In this document: positions 22,214 to 32,000 of the stretch, piece after piece | Layout of the letters: every line of letters starts with the position of its first letter | Numbering within the stretch: the stretch's first letter is position 1 | Source of the DNA: Rhodobacter capsulatus SB 1003 | GTDB lineage: Bacteria > Pseudomonadota > Alphaproteobacteria > Rhodobacterales > Rhodobacteraceae | Assembly: GCF_000021865.1 (NCBI RefSeq) | Contig: NC_014034.1 | Coordinates: 2,400,001-2,432,000 of the forward strand | Length of the DNA stretch: 32,000 bases | Direction of reading: 5' to 3' | Position numbers and translations under genes: made by a program | Notes under the pieces: model-generated | The model's input: only the letters and a program-made list of their open reading frames with translations | What the model was told of the DNA's origin: nothing | The model's database searches: none

Positions 22214-23248
22214 TCAGCCCTTTTGCGCGGCAAAGGGGGCGCGGTATTGCGCCTGACGTTCCAGCATCCAGCCCGGATATTCCGGGGCAAGCTTTGTCAC
22301 CGCATCAAGCGCCGCCAGATCCCCGGGCGACAGGCTGACCCCGGTCGCGCCGATGTTGTCGGCCAGCTGATCGACCCGTTTCGCCCCCACGATCACCGAG
22401 GTCACCACCGGCTGATGCAAAAGCCAGGCCAGCGCCACCTGTGCGACAGAGCACCCCCTCTCCGTGGCGATCTCGCGCAGCACCGCCACCGCGGCATCGC
22501 CCCGCGCCAGATCGACGGGCGGGAAGTTGAAGCTGGCCCGCCGCCCCCCGGCTGCCGTGCCGCCGCTGTATTTGCCCGACAGGAACCCGCCCGCCAGCGG
22601 GCTCCAGACCAGCAGTCCGATCCCCTCGCTTTGCAGCATCGGCACGATGTCGCGTTCCAGATCGCGACCGACCAGCGTGTAATAGGCCTGCAGCGACAGG
22701 ATCGGCGCCAGCTTGCGGGCCTCGGCGATACCCACCGCCTTGACGATCTGCCAGGCCGCCCAGTTCGACAGGCCGATGTAGCGCACATGCCCCTGCCGCA
22801 CGAGCGTATCCAGCGCCTCGAGCGTCTCCGTGATCGGCGTCACCGGGTCGAAGCCATGGATCTGGTACAGGTCGATGTGATCCATCTGCAGCCGCGTCAG
22901 GCTGGCCTTGGCCTGTGCCAGCACATGCGCGCGCGACGCGCCAGCGGCATTCGGCCCCGCGCCCATCGGCCCCAGAACCTTGGTCGCGATCACCACATCG
23001 TCGCGGGCAAGGCCAAGATTGCGGATCGACTGACCCAGAATCCGCTCGCTCTCGCCGCCCGCATAGACATTGGCGGTGTCGATGAAGTTGATCCCGGCCT
23101 CGATCGCGGTCTGCACCAGCGCATCGGCCTCTTCCTGACGCAACTGGCCGATCTGGCCCCAGATCCCCTCCGAGCCGCCAAAGGTCATCGTGCCGAGGCA
23201 GAGTTCGGAAACCAGAAGGCCGCTTGGGCCAAGCGTGCGATAGCGCAT
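22214..23248 (-). CDS. Aldo/keto reductase (Kv-beta/YajO-like)
   Basis: MRYRTLGPSGLLVSELCLGTMTFGG N-terminus and AKR blocks throughout. AAGGA Shine-Dalgarno 7 nt before the ATG at 23248. Confidence 0.85.
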   Translation of the reverse strand: MRYRTLGPSGLLVSELCLGTMTFGGSEGIWGQIGQLRQEEADALVQTAIEAGINFIDTANVYAGGESERILGQSIRNLGLARDDVVIATKVLGPMGAGPNAAGASRAHVLAQAKASLTRLQMDHIDLYQIHGFDPVTPITETLEALDTLVRQGHVRYIGLSNWAAWQIVKAVGIAEARKLAPILSLQAYYTLVGRDLERDIVPMLQSEGIGLLVWSPLAGGFLSGKYSGGTAAGGRRASFNFPPVDLARGDAAVAVLREIATERGCSVAQVALAWLLHQPVVTSVIVGAKRVDQLADNIGATGVSLSPGDLAALDAVTKLAPEYPGWMLERQAQYRAPFAAQKG

Positions 23249-23418
23249 GATCTGTCCTTTCGTGAGACAAGGCCGGGGCGATGGCCGCCCGGTTGCCACG
23301 AAGATAGGCCCGCGACGCCCCGGGCCGCGACGCCGATCCTCGCGCATTCTTGCACGATCCTCTCATTTGGCACGATTGCGGGCTGCGCTGCCGGGCAAGG
23401 GCGGTTAGCGTGCCAGCC

Positions 23419-24315
23419 ATGGACAATGACCCCCTTGCCCCCCTGAGAGACGCGATCACCCGCCTGTGGCAGGCGCATGGCCGCGAAACGCCCCTTCACG
23501 GGCTGTATCTGACCTCGGTTTCGGCCCCGGCCGGGCCGATCCATGCGGTTTACCGCCCCTCGCTCTGCGTCGTGGTGCAGGGCGCCAAGATCTCCATGCT
23601 GGGCGACCGGGCCTATCGCTATGACGCGGGAAAATGCCTGATCGCCGCGCTGGAGGTGCCGATCCGCGCCGAGATCACCGATGCCACGCCGGACCGGCCC
23701 TATCTTGCCTTCAGCCTGGCGCTGGATCCGGCGACGATTGCCGATCTGCTGCTCGACCCGGCCGAGGCCGTCGCCATCCCGCCCGGCCCGGCGCTGGCGG
23801 TGCACAGCCTGAGCGCGGAGCTGCTCGATCCGCTGCACCGGCTGCTGCGCCTGTGCGAGCGGCCGCGCGACCTTGCGATCCTGGCGCCGCTGGTCCGGCG
23901 CGAGATCACCTGGCTGTTGCTGAACGGTCCGATGGGGCCCGCGCTGCGCCAGATCGGGCTGGCGGGCAGTCCCGCGGCGCGGATCGGGCGGGCCATCGCG
24001 CAGATCCGCGACAGCTTCGCCGAGCAGCTGAACATCGCGCGGCTGGCCGAGGTCGCGGCCATGAGCCCCGCCACCTTTCATCGCCATTTCAAGGCGGTGA
24101 CGGCGATGACGCCGGTGCAGTATCAAAAGCAGCTGCGCCTGCAGGAGGCGCGGCGGCTGCTGTTGTCCGACGCGGCCGATGTCGCCCGGGTCGGCTATGC
24201 GATCGGCTACGAAAGCCCCTCGCAGTTCAGCCGCGAATATCGCCGCATGTTCGGCGCCCCCCCCGGCCGGGATGGCGTCGCGATCCGCAAGGTCCTGGCC
24301 CCGCCGACGGCCTGA
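23419..24315 (+). CDS. AraC-family transcriptional regulator (AraC_N-type sensor domain plus C-terminal HTH)
   Basis: C-terminal dual HTH (MSPATFHRHFKAVTAMTPVQYQKQLRL...GYESPSQFSREYRRMFG). Divergent from the aldo-keto reductase gene. Confidence 0.85.
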   Translation: MDNDPLAPLRDAITRLWQAHGRETPLHGLYLTSVSAPAGPIHAVYRPSLCVVVQGAKISMLGDRAYRYDAGKCLIAALEVPIRAEITDATPDRPYLAFSLALDPATIADLLLDPAEAVAIPPGPALAVHSLSAELLDPLHRLLRLCERPRDLAILAPLVRREITWLLLNGPMGPALRQIGLAGSPAARIGRAIAQIRDSFAEQLNIARLAEVAAMSPATFHRHFKAVTAMTPVQYQKQLRLQEARRLLLSDAADVARVGYAIGYESPSQFSREYRRMFGAPPGRDGVAIRKVLAPPTA

Positions 24316-24327
24316 GACCGCCCCGCC

Positions 24328-24675
24328 TCAGCGCGCCTCGAGATAGATCCGCACCGCCTCCTGCACATGGCGGAAGCGGTCGCCGCCCAGATGCTTGCCG
24401 CCAAACCACCGCGTCACGACGATGATGTGATCGTGCAGGGCCGCGCGTTCAAGCATGCGCAGGATCACCAGACCCGCCCCCGCCTCGCCATCGTCATGCT
24501 TCAGCGCGCCCCCCGCGGTCAGGACCGCCCAGCTGTTATGCGTCGCCCGGGCGAAAGTCTTGTCGCGGCACAGCGCCTTGACGAAGGCTTTCGCCTCCGC
24601 CTCGGTCGCGCAGGGCCCGCCCGACACCGCATATTTCGAGCCGCGGTCGCGGATGATGTTGTCAAGGATGCGCAT
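24328..24675 (-). CDS. YigZ/IMPACT-family (UPF0029) N-terminal-domain protein
   Basis: Family blocks are present: ATHNSWA, DDGEAGAG and VVVTRWFGGKHLGGDRF. The start at 24675 was chosen where the domain begins. Confidence 0.7.
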   Translation of the reverse strand: MRILDNIIRDRGSKYAVSGGPCATEAEAKAFVKALCRDKTFARATHNSWAVLTAGGALKHDDGEAGAGLVILRMLERAALHDHIIVVTRWFGGKHLGGDRFRHVQEAVRIYLEAR

Positions 24676-24849
24676 GAAACAGGCATAGGGCGCAACGCCC
24701 CCGGCGGCAAGGCACGGGCCGCGGCGCCACCGCAACGCCCCCCGGTTTCCTTGCATCTTCCTTATGCCGCGCGGCCGTCTTCGGTATCGATCCCTGATGC
24801 GCTTCGGCGCGATCCTCGGGCAGTTTTCGATGTACCAGGGAGACCCTCG

Positions 24850-24933
24850 ATGTCCGATATCCTCTTTGCCGGTCTTGGCCTCGGGCTGATCGCGCTTTTG
24901 GCGCTTTACGCCCTCGTGCTGGCGCGGGCCTGA
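24850..24933 (+). CDS. Small hydrophobic peptide, 27 aa (MSDILFAGLGLGLIALLALYALVLARA), upstream of kdpF
   Basis: GGGAG Shine-Dalgarno upstream. A single transmembrane helix. The stop lies 2 nt before the kdpF ATG. Confidence 0.4.
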   Translation: MSDILFAGLGLGLIALLALYALVLARA

Positions 24934-24935
24934 TC

Positions 24936-25022
24936 ATGGCCGAAGCCATCATCGGCCTGACCGTGGCGCTTGCCGTGGGCGCCTATCTGATCCTCACCCT
25001 GATCGCGCCCGAGAAATTCTGA
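24936..25022 (+). CDS. kdpF: K+-transporting ATPase subunit F, 28 aa
   Basis: MAEAIIGLTVALAVGAYLILTLIAPEKF resembles the E. coli KdpF pattern (...GYLVYALINAEAF) and lies immediately upstream of kdpA. Confidence 0.65.
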   Translation: MAEAIIGLTVALAVGAYLILTLIAPEKF

Positions 25023-25040
25023 GCGGGCCGGGAGATCCCC

Positions 25041-26750
25041 ATGACAGTTTTCGGATGGCTGCAGATCGCGGCCGTATTGCTTTTCACGCTGGCGACGGCG
25101 GTGCCGCTTGGCCGCTACATGGCCCGTCTTTTCAGCGGCGAGCGCACCTTCCTGCATCCGCTCCTGCACCCGGTCGAGCGCGGCTTTTACCGGCTCGCAG
25201 GCGTCACGCCCGAACGCGAACAGGGCTGGCTGGGCTATGCGCTGGCGATGCTCGCCTTCAGCGCGGCGGGGTTTGCCGCGCTTTACCTGATCTTGCGGGC
25301 GCAGGGGCTGATGCCCTTCAACCCGGGCCAGCTGCCCGGCCTGCCCGCCGATCTGGCCTTCAACACCGCCGTCAGCTTCCTGACCAACACCAACTGGCAG
25401 GCCTATGCGGGCGAAACCACGATGAGCCCCTTCAGCCAGATGGCCGGGCTTGCGGTGCAGAATTTCCTCTCGGCGGCGACCGGGATCGCGCTGGCCATGG
25501 CGGTGACGCGGGCCTTCGCGCGGGCGGGCACCGATCGGCTGGGCAATTTCTGGGCCGACATGACCCGGGCGACGCTTTATGTGCTTTTGCCGCTGTCGAT
25601 CCTTGTGGCGCTGGCGCTGGTGGCGCTTGGCGTGCCGCAGACGCTGACCGGCTCGGTCGCGGCGGTGACGCTCGAAGGCGCGCAACAGACGATCGCGCTG
25701 GGGCCGGTTGCCAGCCAGGAGGCGATCAAGCAGCTGGGCACCAATGGCGGCGGGTTCTTCAACGCCAATTCGGCGCATCCGCTGGAAAACCCCTCGGCTT
25801 TGTCGAACGGGCTGGTGATCTGGGCGATGCTGGCGATTTCGGCGGCGCTGCCGATCACCTTTGGCCGGATGACCGGATCGGAGCGGCAGGGCTGGGCGAT
25901 CCTGGCCGCAATGGGGCTGTTGCTGATCGCGGCGACCACCACCGTCTATTGGGCCGAAACCGCGGGCACCCCGCATCTGGCCGCGCTGGGGCTTGATCCG
26001 CTCGCGGGCAACATGGAGGGCAAGGAGGTCCGGTTCGGGCAGGCGATGTCGGCCCTCTTCGTCGCGGTGACCACGGGGCTGTCCTGCGGTGCGGTGAATG
26101 CGATGCATGACAGCCTGACACCGATGGGCGGTCTGGTGCCGATGCTGCTGATGCAGTTGGGCGAGGTGCTGCCGGGCGGCGTCGGCTCCGGGCTTTACGG
26201 CATGGTGGTGTTTTGCGTGCTTTCGGTCTTTGTCGCCGGTCTGATGGTCGGGCGCAGCCCCGCGTTTCTGGGCAAGAAGATCGAGGCGCGGGAAATCCGG
26301 CTGGCGGTTCTGGCGGTGCTGATCCTGCCGCTGGTGATCCTGGGCTTCACCTCGGCCGCGGCGCTGCTGCCTTCGGCGCTGGCCAGCCTGAACAACGCCG
26401 GGCCGCATGGGCTGAGCGAGCTGCTTTACGCCTATTCCTCGGCGGCGGGCAACAACGGCTCGGCCTTCGCGGGCCTCAATGCCAACACGCCCTGGTTCAA
26501 CACCACCCTTGGCATCGCGATGATGCTGGGCCGCTTCGCCTATGTGCTGCCGGTCCTGGCGATGGCCGGGGCGCTGGCGGCGAAACCGCGCCTCGCGGCC
26601 TCGGCAGGCACCTTTCCCACCACCTCGCCCCTCTTCGTCGGGCTCTTGGTGGGGGTGATCGTGATCCTTGGCGGGCTGCAATTCTTCCCCGCGCTCGCGC
26701 TTGGCCCGATCGTCGAGCAGGTGCTGATGCGCGATCTCGTGACCTTCTGA
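25041..26750 (+). CDS. kdpA: Potassium-transporting ATPase subunit A
   Basis: 569-aa polytopic membrane protein with KdpA signatures ([22 protein letters not shown]). Confidence 0.95.
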   Translation: MTVFGWLQIAAVLLFTLATAVPLGRYMARLFSGERTFLHPLLHPVERGFYRLAGVTPEREQGWLGYALAMLAFSAAGFAALYLILRAQGLMPFNPGQLPGLPADLAFNTAVSFLTNTNWQAYAGETTMSPFSQMAGLAVQNFLSAATGIALAMAVTRAFARAGTDRLGNFWADMTRATLYVLLPLSILVALALVALGVPQTLTGSVAAVTLEGAQQTIALGPVASQEAIKQLGTNGGGFFNANSAHPLENPSALSNGLVIWAMLAISAALPITFGRMTGSERQGWAILAAMGLLLIAATTTVYWAETAGTPHLAALGLDPLAGNMEGKEVRFGQAMSALFVAVTTGLSCGAVNAMHDSLTPMGGLVPMLLMQLGEVLPGGVGSGLYGMVVFCVLSVFVAGLMVGRSPAFLGKKIEAREIRLAVLAVLILPLVILGFTSAAALLPSALASLNNAGPHGLSELLYAYSSAAGNNGSAFAGLNANTPWFNTTLGIAMMLGRFAYVLPVLAMAGALAAKPRLAASAGTFPTTSPLFVGLLVGVIVILGGLQFFPALALGPIVEQVLMRDLVTF

Positions 26751-26760
26751 GAGGCTTATC

Positions 26761-28809
<2,049 letters not shown>

Positions 28810-28819
28810 GGAGGCCTGC

Positions 28820-29380
28820 ATGCTCTCTCATCTTCGCCCGGCGCTTGTCTTCGTCGGCGGTTTCACCCTCTTGCTCGGGCTGGCCTATCCGCTGTCGCTG
28901 ACGGCCATTGCCACCACGCTTTTGCCGCATCAGGCGCAGGGCAGCCTGATCCGGCAGGGCGAGCGCATTCTGGGCTCGGCGCTTCTGGGCCAGAATTTCA
29001 CCGCGCCCGGGTATTTCCACCCCCGCCCCTCGGCCACGGCTGCGCCCTATGATGCCATGGCCTCGGGCGGTTCGAACCTTGGTCCGCTGTCGCAAAGGCT
29101 GATCGACCGGATCCGGGCCGATGTCACGGCCGCAGAGCTGGCGGCGCCGGTGCCCGCCGATGCGGTGACCGCCTCGGCCTCGGGGCTTGATCCCGACATC
29201 TCGCCGCAAAATGCGCAGGCACAGGTGGCGCGGGTGGCGGCGGCGCGGGGCATCCCCCCCGCGCGGGTGGCGGCGCTGGTCACGGATCAGACCCGGCAGC
29301 CGCTCCTTGGCGTCTTTGGCGCGCCGCGGGTGAATGTGCTTGCGCTGAACCGTGCGCTGGACACACTGGCGGCGCAATGA
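28820..29380 (+). CDS. kdpC: Potassium-transporting ATPase subunit C
   Basis: N-terminal transmembrane helix plus KdpC blocks (SGGSNLGP, SASGLDPDISP). GAGGAGG Shine-Dalgarno before the ATG at 28820. Confidence 0.9.
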   Translation: MLSHLRPALVFVGGFTLLLGLAYPLSLTAIATTLLPHQAQGSLIRQGERILGSALLGQNFTAPGYFHPRPSATAAPYDAMASGGSNLGPLSQRLIDRIRADVTAAELAAPVPADAVTASASGLDPDISPQNAQAQVARVAAARGIPPARVAALVTDQTRQPLLGVFGAPRVNVLALNRALDTLAAQ

Positions 29381-29392
29381 CCCGAGGATGCG

Positions 29393-32000
29393 ATGCCCGC
29401 CGGTGATCCGGAAAAACGCCCCGATCCCGATGCGTTGCTGGCGCTCAGCCAGCGCGAGAGGCCCGGCCGTCTGAAGATCTTCCTCGGCGCGGCGCCGGGG
29501 GTGGGCAAGACCTGCGCCATGCTGCAGGAGGCCCACCGGCTGCGCGCCGAGGGGGTCGATGTGGTGCTCGGCCTGATCGAGACGCATGGCCGGGCCGAAA
29601 CCGAGGCGCTGGCGGCGGGGCTGGAAACCCTGCCGCGGCGGCACATCGACCATCGCGGCCAGCCGCTCGAGGAATTCGACATCGACGCCGCGCTGGCCCG
29701 GCGTCCGGCGCTGCTGGTGGTGGACGAACTCGCCCACACCAACGCGCCGCAAAGCCGACATCCGAAACGCTGGCAGGACATCCGCGAACTGCTCGATGCC
29801 GGGATCGATGTCTGGACGGCGCTGAACATCCAGCATCTGGAAAGCCTGGCCGATGTGGTGGCGCGGATCACCGGCGCCCCCATGCGCGAGACCGTGCCCG
29901 ATGTCCTGCTGCAAGAGGCGCAGGATGTGGTGCTCGTCGATATCCCGCCCGACGAGCTGATCGCGCGGCTCAAGGCGGGCAAGGTCTATCTGCCGCAGAC
30001 CGCGCGCCGGGCGGTGGAGAAATTCTTCACCCCCGGCAATCTGACGGCGCTGCGCGAACTGGCTTTGCGCCGCACCGCCGAGCGGGTCGACGACCAGATG
30101 ACCGAGATCCTGCGGCAAAAGGCGATCGAGGGGCCCTGGGCCGCGGCCGAGCGGCTGCTGGTCTGCCTGGTCGCCGATGGTAGCAGCGATGCGCTGATCC
30201 GGCAGACGGCACGGCTGGCCTCGGCGCTGAATGCGGACTGGATCGCGCTCCTGCTGGCGCCGCCCGGCGATCCGGCGCAACCGGACCGGCGCGCGAGCGA
30301 GGCGCTGCGGCTGGTCGAGACGCTGGGGGGCACGGCGCAGCGGCGGACCAGCGCCGATTTTGCCGCGGATATCCTGCGCGTGGCGCGGCGCGAACATGTC
30401 ACGCAGATCCTGCTCGGGCATCGGCCGCGCGGCCCGCTGGCGCGGCTGCTGCGCCAAAGCCTGGCCGAGGCGCTGGCCGCCCGCGCCGAGGGGATCGCGG
30501 TGCATCTGCTGCCCCTGCCCGGCCCGGCGCCCGCGGCGGCGCGCCGACGCCTTGACGCCCTGCGCCGGGGCCTGACGCGGCCGGGCCTGCCCGCCGATCT
30601 GGCGCTTGCGGGGCTGGCCACGACCGGGGTGATCGCGATCGGCCATGCTTTGGCCGCGGTGATGGAACTGCCGAACCTGTCGATGATCTTTCTGGCGGGC
30701 GTGCTGATCTGCGGCACGTTGCGCGGCACCCGGGCGGCGGTTCTGGCGGCGCTTCTGTCCTGTCTGGGCTACAATTTCTTCTTCATCGAGCCGCTGCACA
30801 CCTTCAGCATCGCGCGGCCGCATGAATTCCTGGCGCTGCTGATCTTTCTGGTCGTCGCCAGCCTGACCGGGTCCTGGACCGGGCGGATCCGCGCGCAGGC
30901 CCGCGCGGCGCTGGCGCAGACCCGGGGCGTCGAGGCGCAGGCGGCGTTTTCGCGCCAGCTCTCGGCGGCGTCTTCGGCCGAGGATGTCGCCTGGGCGATG
31001 GTGACGCAGGTGCAGGGCGGGCTGGGCGGCAAGGCGATCCTGCTTCTGGTCGAGGGCAGCGAGCTGGTGCCCTGCGCCGCCTGGCCGCCCGAGGAAATCG
31101 CCGATCCGGTCGAGATGACCGCGGCGCGCTGGGCGTTTGAAAAAGGCGAGGTGGCGGGCTGGCGCACGGCGACGCTGCCGAACCTGCGGCTGCGCTTTCA
31201 CCCGCTGGCGACGCCGCGCCATGTGGTGGCGGTGCTGGGCTACGAGCCGCCCGACCGCGACCAGCCGCTCTCGGTCGCCGACGAGGCGAAGCTGGCCGTG
31301 GCGGTGGAACAGGCGGCGGTGGCGCTGGACCGCGCGCTTTTGGTGCGCGAGGCGGTGAAGGCGGCGGCGATGCAGGAAAACGAGAACATCCGCGATGCGC
31401 TTTTGGCCTCGCTCGGCCATGATCTGCGCACGCCTCTGGCCGCGATCACCGGCGCGGTGACGACGCTGCAACGGGGCGAAACCGACCTGCGCCCCGATCA
31501 GCGCACCGAGCTGCTGGACACCATCGGGCAGGAAGCCGCGCGGCTGAACCGCTTCGTGGGCAACCTTTTGGAGATGAGCCGGATCGATCAGGGCGTGGTC
31601 AAGGTCCGCCGCGACTGGGTCGATGTCGGCGATGCGATCCGGCTGGCGGCCGAGCGGGCGCGCAAGACCCATCCGGGGCGGCAGACCCGGGTCAGCCTGG
31701 CCCCCGATCTGGGCTTCGTGCGCGGCGATCAGGATCTGCTGTCGCAGGTGATCTTCAACCTGCTCGACAACGCACATAAATACGGCGAAAGCGAGGTCAG
31801 CGTGCATGCGCGCAATGAAGGGGATCAGGTGGCGATCAGCGTGACCGACGACGGCCCCGGGGTGAAACCGGCCGATCTGGAGCGGATCTTCGAGAAATTC
31901 TTCCGCGCGGGCGGCACCGACCGGCGCAAGCCCGGCACCGGGCTGGGGCTGTCGATCTGCCGCGGCCTCGTGCGGGCGATGGGCGGCACGATCAAGGCCG
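29393..32000 (+). CDS. kdpD: Sensor histidine kinase KdpD (3'-truncated by the window edge)
   Basis: N-terminal KdpD P-loop domain (LKIFLGAAPGVGKTCAML), transmembrane block, H-box SLGHDLRTPL (in frame with the ATG at 29393) and ATPase G-box GTGLGLSIC. It is absent from the ORF track because no stop codon occurs before position 32000. Confidence 0.9.
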   Translation, partial: MPAGDPEKRPDPDALLALSQRERPGRLKIFLGAAPGVGKTCAMLQEAHRLRAEGVDVVLGLIETHGRAETEALAAGLETLPRRHIDHRGQPLEEFDIDAALARRPALLVVDELAHTNAPQSRHPKRWQDIRELLDAGIDVWTALNIQHLESLADVVARITGAPMRETVPDVLLQEAQDVVLVDIPPDELIARLKAGKVYLPQTARRAVEKFFTPGNLTALRELALRRTAERVDDQMTEILRQKAIEGPWAAAERLLVCLVADGSSDALIRQTARLASALNADWIALLLAPPGDPAQPDRRASEALRLVETLGGTAQRRTSADFAADILRVARREHVTQILLGHRPRGPLARLLRQSLAEALAARAEGIAVHLLPLPGPAPAAARRRLDALRRGLTRPGLPADLALAGLATTGVIAIGHALAAVMELPNLSMIFLAGVLICGTLRGTRAAVLAALLSCLGYNFFFIEPLHTFSIARPHEFLALLIFLVVASLTGSWTGRIRAQARAALAQTRGVEAQAAFSRQLSAASSAEDVAWAMVTQVQGGLGGKAILLLVEGSELVPCAAWPPEEIADPVEMTAARWAFEKGEVAGWRTATLPNLRLRFHPLATPRHVVAVLGYEPPDRDQPLSVADEAKLAVAVEQAAVALDRALLVREAVKAAAMQENENIRDALLASLGHDLRTPLAAITGAVTTLQRGETDLRPDQRTELLDTIGQEAARLNRFVGNLLEMSRIDQGVVKVRRDWVDVGDAIRLAAERARKTHPGRQTRVSLAPDLGFVRGDQDLLSQVIFNLLDNAHKYGESEVSVHARNEGDQVAISVTDDGPGVKPADLERIFEKFFRAGGTDRRKPGTGLGLSICRGLVRAMGGTIKA

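Noticed and set aside
22053-22256. 67-aa plus-strand TTG-initiated ORF downstream of motif copy B
   Set aside because: It has a TTG start overlapping rather than following the GGAGGA sequence, lower GC3 than neighbouring genes, low-complexity sequence, and its 3' end is antisense to the aldo-keto reductase gene. A non-coding transcript here is not excluded.
21907-22290. 128-codon N-terminal extension of the rhodanese ORF
   Set aside because: The extension is Arg/Pro-rich and crosses the AT-rich regulatory patch. The internal ATG at 21906 has a good AGGGAG Shine-Dalgarno and gives a normal single-domain rhodanese.
17515-22338. Plus-strand ORFs 17515-19530 (671 aa) and 20221-22338 (705 aa)
   Set aside because: They are antisense to the cysteine desulfurase, cysE and rhodanese genes and are low-complexity Arg-rich translations.

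Overview
High-GC alphaproteobacterial chromosome segment. Gene content and order look Rhodobacter capsulatus-like, but that is inferred, not searched. No rRNA, tRNA, CRISPR array, transposase or integrase was seen. About 17 kb (4.3-21.9 kb) is a block of three sulfur-acquisition modules, all readable from the translations. (1) A nitrogenase-like four-gene operon: a radical-SAM-like gene plus NifH-, NifD- and NifK-like genes (isrBHDK/nflBHDK type). It sits directly downstream of xsc, and its D subunit has too few cysteines for a P-cluster or FeMo-co. (2) The taurine regulon: tpa-tauR-xsc divergent from tauABC, with repeated GGTCCAG-type TauR operator candidates at three positions. (3) A Family 2A (SrpI-like) encapsulin operon: rhodanese, serine acetyltransferase, encapsulin shell, and a cysteine desulfurase with a roughly 190-aa disordered N-terminal extension. 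The shell gene shows an apparent 1-nt frameshift near its 5' end. Flanking genes are a serine hydrolase / FAD-oxidoreductase operon with two coupled micro-ORFs, a divergent aldo-keto reductase / AraC pair, a YigZ/IMPACT protein, and kdpF-kdpA-kdpB-kdpC-kdpD (kdpD runs off the right edge). A 27-nt operator-like motif recurs upstream of the hydrolase operon, upstream of its divergent neighbour, and upstream of the encapsulin operon. Many long ORFs in the track are antisense shadow ORFs typical of high-GC DNA and were rejected.
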